Part shown: in pieces, positions 23,109-32,516 of the stretch
Layout of the letters: every line of letters starts with the position of its first letter
Position numbering within the stretch: position 1 is the first letter of the stretch
Assembly: GCF_001194135.2 (NCBI RefSeq)
Contig: NC_068989.1
Location: forward strand, 48,360,349-48,424,348
Source of the DNA: Octopus bimaculoides
Lineage: Eukaryota
Direction: 5' to 3'
Length of the DNA: 64,000 bases
Notes under the pieces: generated by a model
The model's database searches: none
What the model was told of the DNA's origin: nothing
Seen by the model: the letters and a program-made list of their open reading frames with translations, nothing else
Made by a program: the position numbers and the translations under genes

Positions 23109-25432
23109 CAAAGCTGCAAAAATTCTCAATCTAAATTGTCTGACAAACAGGAACATGAAACTCTGAGTAGCAGTTTTTTGTGATGTATTTGCAGCTTTAA
23201 TGATAGTAAAGTATATATATATATTCGCATGCTCATTGTTTGAGTTGTCATTGTGATTTTCTTGCAGTCAACAGACCAAGCACAGGACCATTGGTTGGAT
23301 ATATGTTCTACCATTACATATACTCCACATGGGAAAGCAAGTCTATACAAATAACTGACCTGCATGTGTTACCACTACCAGAATATGAGTCCATCTGTGA
23401 AAATCTGTTTCATTTCCTGTGCAAGGTAATAGAATTTTTTTTTTTTTTGTCTTTGTATTGTAATTTGCTTCAAGCATTGCAGTATGTTTTTAAATGATAT
23501 GTTCGAAATATGTTGAGAATAAAAAGAAATTATTTCTCTATCTTTCAATACATCTCATCACTTCTAAAACAAACTTTGTTTGTTTACTTTCATCGTAAGT
23601 TGAATTTAACATTAGCGTCTTATGAAGCTAAATTTATAAGTTCTAAAATTGCAGAAGAATTCGTTACTGAGCAGTTTAGCTTAATGGTAAAGCACTTGAC
23701 GCGTAATCACAGGATGTGAGTTTGAGTCTCATAGCTGGCCAGTAGCGTATTTTTCTGCAATGTATGGATAATTTATCCTGATCACACTATTTATTAGCAT
23801 TATCACGCGTTTGAGAATAAAAAGAAATTATTTCTCTATCTTTCAATACATCTCATCACTTCTAAAACAAACTGTTTGTTTACTTTCATTGTACAGTTTT
23901 ATTTAATATAGGTTGTTTTAATGATCCTATATTTCAGGAAAGATTTGTCCTTTTCAAATAAAAATGTTATTAGCCACCTAATATAAGAGATGGGTTTTTT
24001 TCCTTTGTTTTCCTTTCTGTGTGTAGAACAACAGTGTTGAGACAAAATATTGATAGGGAAGGAGTAGAAGCAGGAACAAATTTGAAGAAGAATGATTTTA
24101 GGAAAAAGTATTCAGATGAGTGAGGGAAATTATAATGTGGGGAGGGGTGACAGCTACAGCAAGGGGATGGTAGTTTTGATAAAATTCTGGAACTTGTCCC
24201 TTGCTAAAGTAACAGTATATATGCTCTCTTGTCCTTGGAGCTTTGGTGTGCAGGTTGTGCTTTGAAAGACAAAATGGATAATAAACCTTGTCCAAGGGCA
24301 TGTCTATATAACAGTTTGATATACTGAAATATTACATAGGCATGACTGTGGTTAAGAAGTTAGCTTCAAAATTGTGGTTTTAGGTTCAATCCCATGCTGT
24401 GCATATACTGTTTTATTTAATATAGGTTGTTTTAATGATCCTATAATATTTCAGGAAAGATTTCGCTTTTTCAAGTAGAAATGTTGTCATTAGTAAGTGT
24501 GCTTCTATAGTTTCCATGCTAAATAATGCCTTATGTAAATTTGGTCAATGGAAACTGTAGGAAGTTTATCACTGTGTGTGTGTGTGTGCATGCACACATG
24601 CAAATGTGCACAACTGCTGATATTCCAGTTTCGTTTGTTACAACCAGAATGAAGTGGTGTTGATGTTTACATTCCATGTTGGTGTTATGACTGGTTACTC
24701 CATTCCTTTGCGTACTTGTTGAATAAAAAAGATCCCAGATGTGGCTTGAGTTCTGTCTCGGTGCAGCACCTTGGGCAAGTAACTGTTTTCTATTGTGGCC
24801 CCTAGCCAACTAAAGTTTTGTAAGTAGATTTGGTTGATGGAATCTAAAAGAAGCCCATTGTGTGTGTTTCTTTAGTTTGTTTCTTCTTCACCAGTGTTTG
24901 ACAACAGGTGTTGGTTTGTTTACATCCCTATAAGCAAAAGATTGATGGCATAAGTAATGGGGGGGGGGGTCAATTTCTTCAGCACTTTAAGGCTGTACCC
25001 CAGCATGGCTGCAGTCCAGTGACTGAAATAAGTCAAAAAGAAGATACTTGAAAAACAGGTAAGAGTTCAAGACAAAGGGCATCAGGTCATTAAATCTACC
25101 TGAAATTAGTTCTCATCCAGTCCATGGTTACATGGAAAAATGAACATTGAATACATGAAAAAAACCTCATATTTTTCATAATGTGCGCATTTTTATTTAC
25201 CAGCAAAATCTTCATAAGTCATAGCTTTTGTTTGTATTTTTTTTCTTTTCCCCCCTCATTGCAGATGTCTGTAGATGAGAATTGTGCCCGAGTTCAATGG
25301 CAAACGAATGGTAACAATGATTTGAAGAACTTGGGTAAATATTTTAATGCCATGAATTTAATAGAGATGGAAAGTTGGCGAGTAAAAAATTTTGAAAAAC
25401 ATCAGTTGAAAGAACTCAGCGCAACAAGTTGA
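15857..25432 (+). CDS. SSAT/diamine N-acetyltransferase-like (GNAT) gene, copy C
   Basis: Exons 15857-15922 (phase 0 end), [exon 2 not located], 22377-22457 (1->1), 23268-23425 (1->0), 25265-25432 (stop TGA). The peptides align by eye to SSAT: ATADDC..I, VGY.FY..YSTW, I.DL.V, C.R.QW, ESW. Intron phases match my recollection of the human SAT1 structure. Confidence 0.8.
16657..16933 (-). mobile_element. cephalopod-type tRNA-derived SINE (family 2: gaaactgaaagaagccc / gagaccgatagaataagtact core)
   Basis: Matches copies at 17868-18095, 28407-28745 and 39788-40153. Confidence 0.85.
17868..18095 (+). mobile_element. tRNA-derived SINE family 2, partial
   Basis: tRNA-like head gcttgcttcccaaccacatggttctgggttcagtccc. 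Confidence 0.85.
19831..20044 (+). mobile_element. piggyBac-like MITE (TTAA-flanked)
   Basis: TTAA at both ends, degenerate ccctttagcatt TIR; homologous to 40346-40569. Confidence 0.75.
20290..21115 (+). mobile_element. Jockey/CR1-group LINE RT C-terminal fragment
   Basis: YFNTQQLLTLYKAQVRP..C..I; degenerate with stops. Confidence 0.7.
22377..22457 (+). CDS. SSAT-like copy C exon 3 (DLKTYCFNGENLSNILVAEWNHKDPSK)
   Basis: ttttag acceptor, GTAAGA donor, 81 nt; matches the SAT1 DLLEDGF...CLVAE segment. Confidence 0.8.
22493..23066. other. assembly gap (N run), within SSAT-like copy C intron
   Basis: N bases. Confidence 1.
23268..23425 (+). CDS. SSAT-like copy C exon 4 (VNRPSTGPLVGYMFYHYIYSTWESKSIQITDLHVL...FLCK)
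   Basis: cttgcag acceptor, GTAATA donor, 158 nt; VG..Y...YSTW SSAT signature. Confidence 0.88.
23670..23740 (+). pseudogene. tRNA-Thr(CGT)-like degenerate sequence inside a repeat
   Basis: tagcttaatggtaaagc D-arm, CGT at 23702-23704, gtgagtttgagtctcat T-arm, agctggc acceptor 3' strand; mispaired acceptor and anticodon stems. Confidence 0.55.
25265..25432 (+). CDS. SSAT-like copy C terminal exon (MSVDENCARVQWQ...ELSATS*)
   Basis: Polypyrimidine tract + gcag acceptor, in phase with exon 4, TGA stop. Confidence 0.85.
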   Translation: MSVDENCARVQWQTNGNNDLKNLGKYFNAMNLIEMESWRVKNFEKHQLKELSATS

Positions 25433-26066
25433 TAAAGAACAGTGGTGTTGTTAAGGAATGCAACATTACATTTTTCTATTTTTTCTAATGAAAATAAAAA
25501 GTAACTATTATTTGTTTGGTTTACATTTCCTTTTACAATTTCCTGATAAGAGTGGTGAAATGTAGATGTACAAAATTCACTGGAAACAATGTCCTTTTTG
25601 TCTAGTTCTGTATCAGCCCTAATCAAGCTGACCTATGAAAAAAGCCATCCTATCTTTTTAGGCTTATATTATCTAATGTGTCTTTCCATTTTTGAGACTG
25701 TATGGCTTGTTTTGAGTGAGATTTAACTGTTGTTTTTAGCTAGCCAAATACCTCCACATAGACTCTGTCGTTGGCTCCAACGTTTGTAGTGATCATGGTC
25801 CAAGTGTCCTGTACCATAGTCTTGGGTTGAACAATACTACGAGTGGAATTTGGTTGGGGAAAACTGTAGTTGCCTGTTGAATATCATTTGCCAAAAGATG
25901 TAAATATTTGTATGAAAACCAAAGGACTGATGCTCTTCAAATGAAGTCCTTTGTGATATTTGCTCTTTATCAATTTAGAGATACTCCCTTGTCACTCTTG
26001 CCATGAGGAGTGCAATGAACCAGTGACTGAGCTGTTGGAAACTATGGAATCAATGCTATTGTTCAC

Positions 26067-26278
26067 TTATTGGTTTCAAATTTTAACACAAGGCCAGCAA
26101 TTTCAGGGGAGGGATAAGTCGATTACATCAACCCCCTTTGCTCGGCTGGTACTTATTTTATCGACTCTGAAATGATGAAAGGCAAAGTTGACCTTGGTGG
26201 AATTTAAATGAACTCAGAACATATAGATGAAGTGCCACTATGCAATTTGCCTAGCATGCTAACGATTCTGCCTGATCA
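26067..26278 (-). mobile_element. SINE family 1 with 11-bp TSD
   Basis: ctattgttcac at 26056-26066 and 26279-26289; absent from copy A. Confidence 0.85.
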
Positions 26279-28406
26279 CTATTGTTCACACACTGCGCTT
26301 AAAAATATGGAATAGATGCAAGCATGGTTGTGTGCTTAAGAAGTTTTCTTTGCAGCCACGTGGTTTCAGGTTCAGTCCTACTGTGCAACACTTTGGCTAA
26401 GTATGTTATCCTATAGCCTTGTGCCAAGCAATGTTTTGTCAAGGAATTTGGTGGGCAGAAATTGAGAAAGCCTGTTGTTTGTGTCTGTGTGTGTGAATTA
26501 TATTCCAGGCATTATAACCTGTGGCTCTGTGCTTATAAAGACCTCTGAAGCACAGAATCCTAAGTAGATAATGATTTTTTTAAAAAAACGCTAAGATTTG
26601 ATGACAGTCGGAGCATCTTGTTAAAAATCTTGCTTCAAATAACTCCGTCCGAATTGGGGATGGTGGTGGAAGGAACGGACATTCAACAAACGAAATAGAA
26701 GGGAGATAATTTTTATTGACTGACTAAAAATTCTAAATGTCTATAGTAAAACATTTCTTAGCATTTATATAAAATAATTTTGAACATGTACATAGTATTC
26801 AGTTAATGTTTCTGCAGTTGGAGGTTCTACTGACGGCTAAACAATTAAATATAAGCTGGGCGAATTGGCAGTCGTCAGAACATGAGTTAGAATGCTTTGC
26901 AGTATTTGTTCTGAATCCTACCACATTGAGTTCAAATCCTATTGAAGTCAACTTTGCATGGTTAGTAAATAAGTACCAGTCCAAGGCAGTCGATTGGCAG
27001 ATTTGTAAGAATGTTCAACCAAATGCCCTGGCAAAATCCTGTCATCTAATTTAACACTACCATGTTTTTATACCTTTTTGTAGACTCTATTGCAAGCATT
27101 TAGACCAGGTCTTTGGTGTATGGATGCCTTCTGATCAGTTTCAGAGACTTTATAAGGGGTCAAAGGTGCACTATCATTTCATCTGGCTAAAAGATGAATA
27201 GAAAAAACATTTTAGACATTTGAGTGTTTGGTTGTCAGAGAGACGGTGAGTTGTTTTTGATCATTTGATGTTTCTAGTGCAAACAAATGTATATTTGGTA
27301 ACAGACCTCTCATCCTTTTGCCAATTTCACTGGTGTCATGAGGTGTAGGAACAATAACTTACTACTCCAAAATGTTTAAGGACACTGCTATTCCTCGTCC
27401 AAATCCCTCAAGGTTGACTTTGGCTTGTCCGTATCAATAAAGTAAGTTAAATAATGGAGCTCATTTGATTATACACCTTTGTGACCTTCTGTCTGTGTAA
27501 AAAAAATTTATTCACATATAAAACAATGTCAGATTGCCAGACTAAATGCCAAATATTATCTTTCTAACATCCTATGATTGGTAAATAAGTGTCAATGTTG
27601 AAATATAGCTGAGTATTGCTTTACCCTCATTCGTTTGGTTTTTACCATTTTTCCATGCTAGCATCAGTTAGATGAATATAGGCCCTTCTTGTCGCTAATC
27701 CACACCTGTTTTTCAAGTAAGGGATTTCTTAGCCAGCAGAGGATTTCTTGATAGAAGTGACAACACCACCTCTTATATTTCATGATCTTCAGAGAAGCTT
27801 TATTTCATTCTACCAAACCTACCAAGCTTTAGTCAGCCCAAGGCTATAGAAGACGTTAGCTCAAGGTGCCATACATTTGGACTAAATTGAAAACAACATT
27901 GTAGGTTAATGAACTCCTTAACCACACAAACTTGCCTTCAGTAACAAGTACTATATAGTTACTAATATATCGGTGTTGATTTCATTGACTAAATCTATTT
28001 TTACTGTAATTTGTGTAAGAAATGATTATAATGGTGTGTTATGAAGAGCAAGAGGTCAACTTATTGCAGTTATTACCAAGTTTTTGATTTCTGTGTTTAG
28101 GATGCTGTACTTACAATGTTAATCTATAGGGAGTGGGGATATGAAACTATTAACTTGCCAGAAATAGAAACCAATGGAAAAGGATGTAGTACCATAGACA
28201 CATATTTCATTGTGTAATTGCTGTTTCATTAGTTTGCAGTACAAGACTGAAATTTTCCTGTGTACATCAGAGGAACCAATTTGGAGAATTACTATATAGT
28301 CATACAGAATTATTTAAAAATGAACAGCAATATTTTCCAGAGGTGTATCAATCAATAATTAAAAAAATCTAAGTTCAATTACAAAATTAACTTTTTTTTT
28401 TGTGAC

Positions 28407-28745
28407 AAGTAGCTTGCTTACCAACCACATGGTTCCGGGTTCATTCCCACTGCGTGGCACCTTGGGCAAGTGTCTTCTATTATAGCCTCGTGAATGGATT
28501 TGGTAGACGAAAACTGAAAGAAGCTCATCGTATATATGTATGTATGTGTGTCTGTTTGTCCCACCAACATCGCTTGACAACCGATGGTGGTGTGTTTACA
28601 TCCCCGTAACTTAGCGGTTTGGCAAAAGAGACCGATAGAATAAGTGTTAGGCTTACATAGAACAAGTCCTGGGGTCGGTTTCCTCGACTAAAGGCGGTGC
28701 TCCAGCATGGCCACAGTCAAATGACTGAAACAAGTAAAAGAGTAA
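28407..28745 (+). mobile_element. tRNA-derived SINE family 2, near full length
   Basis: Head with B-box-like ggttcattccc, central (TA/TG) linker, tail gaaacaagtaaaaga. Confidence 0.88.
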
Positions 28746-30666
28746 TAGGATAAAACTATGCTCATCAAATGAGATTGTATCTCTTGAAGTTCAAAATTCT
28801 TTTGTCCTTTAATCATGCAAAGTAATGTTGGGCTTTTCTTACAAGTTTTCTTTACACCCATTATAGCTTAACATTTCTCTAATGAAGTTGTGGGTTCAAT
28901 TCCTGAGCTGTGTCCTTGAGCAAGATACTTTTTTACATTGCTCCAGTCTACTTTACTGAAAGTAAACACCAGCAAATTACTGGAGCCACTCTTTCTTTCC
29001 AGCCCTCAGTGTCTTGATATTCTATCGAGTCTGGAGTGGGAGGGCCAACAGGGTGTCTATGTCTGCTTACAACTACATAAGCACCTCAAAGAATTAGAGA
29101 AACCCTACTACATACAACTAAATCCTAATTGGTGGCAAGTGATGGCCATGGCTGGCTTTTGTGTGTGTGTGTCCAAGTAGAATATTGAGTCCAGTAATGA
29201 TGGATGACATCTGCTTTCTAATAAACATGAAAAAATGAGTTTATATAATTAAACTCAATGGTTTCAAATTTTGGCACAGGGTCAGCAGTTTTTGAGGGGT
29301 AGGGGAAGTCAATTACATCGATCCCTTGGATAAATTTAAGCTCAAAACAAAGACAGACAAAATGCCTGACCGCATTTTATCTGGCGTGCTAACAGTTCTG
29401 CCAGCTTGCCACCTTCATAATTAAATTTAACGAAGCAATTTATTTTATCTAATAATAATTAATATGAAATGACATTCTTCAATTTTTTTTTTTTACGAAT
29501 CAATAACAAAAACATCAATGATATATTTTAACAAACTCATTAATTTAATTGTCCACTAATCACAATAGTTGCTGCCATATACATTTTTCTTTTCTTCTAA
29601 TTTCAAAATCTACTGTCTTAAGTCTTGTACCATATATTCTAATAAAAAGAAATGGAAGAAATACATCCTAATTCACTCCAAAATAAACTCCAAACAACTG
29701 GAGTCAACTTATGTGACAGTACGTTAGTGTGTTTTATAAGGTATAGTTTTGAAATATTTCCATATTGTGTTGAATCAGATATTTCAGAACGCAATTAAAT
29801 TAACAAGGATACCTGAAAAAAATGTCTAGTCATTTGCCTTAAATAATATCTGTACTATACATATGTTATCAGAAGAGGTTAATTTCAGTTCTTAAACCAT
29901 AACCACATAAAAGTCAATGAGAAACTCATTCAACACAATACAAAAAGGTTTGTGTTTTCATTTTTTTCTTTACAATGACCTGCTTATATTTTATTTCCCT
30001 TTCTTCACACACATAGATAGAGCAAAGGCAGGAGATAAGGGCAGAAGTCAAAAATACACAGGCAAGATTCTGCAGATGGATGTGTGTTTGCATATAGCTT
30101 TTTTTAATGTAGTTATTTATAAATATTAATTGAATAACTCTCTTTTAAGCAGACTACCGTATCAACCCTTTCCTGAGACATATATAAAAGCAAATTGATA
30201 GATAAAAGAATTTCTCTCTAGTAACCCCCACTCAACTGTTTTTGCTTTTATGAAACTATATCATTCAGGTTCTTCTCCCCTACCTCAAACAGCTACCCAC
30301 CTGGAGACATCTACAATATGTAACAGTACAAAACCCCACACAGTCACACACTTCTTTGTATGGGAGTGTGGGGACTTCTCTAGTGATAAAGTACCAGCTA
30401 GTATCTTAATTTATGTGCCTAATAAATTAGGATTATTCAAATTATAGATAAGAGACAAGACGTTTTAATATTTAAGATTTTGATGTATATCACTAGAACA
30501 GTGGATTGGTAAAATTGTTACAGTATCAGAAAAATGTTTTGTGCTTTTTGTATCAGCTCTTTACATTCTAAGATCAACTTTGCTTTTCATCCATCTGGGG
30601 GTTGAAATATTTGGCTAATGCCACCCCTCAAAATTGCCTTCTGCCTCATTTGGAAACAATATCTGT

Positions 30667-31023
30667 TTGTTGTTGGCACTCCGTCATTTACGACTGAACA
30701 GCCTGCTTGTGAAATTAATGTGCAAGTGGCTGAGCATTTCACAGACACGTGTACCCTTAACGTAGTTCTCTGAGATATTCAGCGTGACACAGTGTGACAA
30801 GGCTGACCCTTTGAATTACAGGCACAACTGAAACAGGAAGTAAGAGTGAGAGAAAGTTGTGGTGAAAGAGTACAGCAGGGTTCGTCACCATACCCTGCCG
30901 GAGCCTCGTGAAGCTTTAAGTGTTTTCGCTCAATAAACACTCAACGCCCAGTCTGGGAATCGAAACTGCGATCCTATGACCACGAGTCCGCTGCCCTAAC
31001 CACTGGGCCATTGCGCCTCCACT
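30667..31023 (-). mobile_element. tRNA-derived SINE (third family) with 11-bp TSD
   Basis: Head ggaggcgcaatggcccagtggttagggcagcgg...gtttcgattccc; acaatatctgt at 30656-30666 and 31024-31034; absent from copy A. Confidence 0.88.
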
Positions 31024-32404
31024 ACAATATCTGTATATCACTGCTAAATGCACATTTCCCATCACTTATACATAAGTGGTTGTGTAGGGGGTGGGTATCA
31101 GTTTTCCATGCTGGCATGGATTGAATGACTTGACAGGAGTTGGCAAGCCAGAGGACTGCACCAAGCTCCACTGTCTGTTTTGGCACAGTTTTTACAGTTG
31201 GATGCTCTACCTAACACCAACAACTCTACTGAGTGGGCTGGATGCTCTATATTCTAATTTTAATCATCCCGAAATTTAACCCAAACTTAGCTCAAAATGT
31301 TATTTGTAAGGGGCGTCCAGCTGTGACACACTGCCTTCAAGTCTTGCTCAAGCCAGACAGAAAAATTTAATAAATGTATGATTTTGTAATTTAGACACAA
31401 GGCCAGCAATTTTTTTTTTGAGGGGATGGAATTAGATGATACCATCAACACTGGTACTTGACAGGAAACTTTATTGACCCTAAAAGAATGAAAAATAATC
31501 TTGACTTCAGTGCGATCTGAACTCAAAACATAAAGAGCGGGAACAAATACTGCAAGGTTTTTTTTTCCTGATGCTAATTTGACTTGTAAAAATGAGGGTC
31601 GAATGGCAAATGGCACTCTTTACTCTCTAGTTCTTTAGTTCGTTGTAGCCTTCCTACCTTAATTTATGCTAGCATAGTTTCTAATAAGCCATCATATTTT
31701 GCTTTTTACTTCATTAGTCATTACATTCTAATAAATTACCAATATCCAATACTTAACTGAATAAGACAAAGAATATTTAATGTAATCAAATGTAAAACAT
31801 TTGCAAATTGGGATGAAAAACTAGATATAGAACAGTCATTAGGAGATAGTAGATTAGCAGAACCTGTAAAATACCTTGAGGAAATTTGGTCATTTTTGAG
31901 AAGAAATCCTGCTAGAGTTTTTTGGCATGTACTGTTTGCTCAACATTAATCAACTATGTATCTAAGCTTTACCCTAAATTTATGGCTTTGTGCCATTACA
32001 TATATGTAATGGCATATATAAACTTCCAAGAAAACATGAAATAATTCTTTTTTGGAATAGAGGCTCTCAAGGGCTACATTAAGGTTAGAATAAGAATTTG
32101 TAAATATTGGGTTGAAAATCCTGTTTGGATAGCAAAAAAAAAAATACTTTTCGACTTGGTATTACAAACTATTATTTATAGCTTTATGAGAATGAGGGCC
32201 CCTATTCCCAAAAAGAATGCATATATTATATGCATCTCTCTAATACAGTTCTGAGTGTATTTTTTTTTCTTTTTATGAAATATGGTAGATATCTTTGCAG
32301 ACAAAGCTTCTGATCTGCAGTCTGTAACGGATATCTGGTATTTACAAAAGAGTTCACTCAAATGAAGTTAATAATTATGAATCTAAAATATCTACTTGTT
32401 GACA

Positions 32405-32516
32405 CTATTTCCATATTCTCTTGATGACATCTGGAGATGGATCTCGTCCACGGAACATTCTGAAAATTTTGTTGGCTGATATTGAGCCACCCAATGCAAG
32501 AAATGTGTCGCGAAAT
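32405..32516 (-). CDS. oligopeptidase A-like exon 18, terminal (FRDTFLALGG...FRGRDPS...WK*)
   Basis: ccag acceptor, TAG stop at 32407-32405. Confidence 0.95.

Larger units (their letters stand above)
24430..31140 (+). repeat. segmental duplicate (copy C 3' region) of about 290-4820
   Basis: As for the copy A region; carries extra insertions at 26067-26278, 26564-29120 and 30667-31023. Confidence 0.92.

Noticed and set aside
22398-23166. Long ORFs of 222-247 aa in the ORF track
   Set aside because: They run through the N gap and (TA)n; artefacts. The same applies to 46772-47081.
23670-23740. Functional tRNA-Thr gene
   Set aside because: Mispaired acceptor and anticodon stems, T-loop TTC changed to TTT, and embedded in a repeat.
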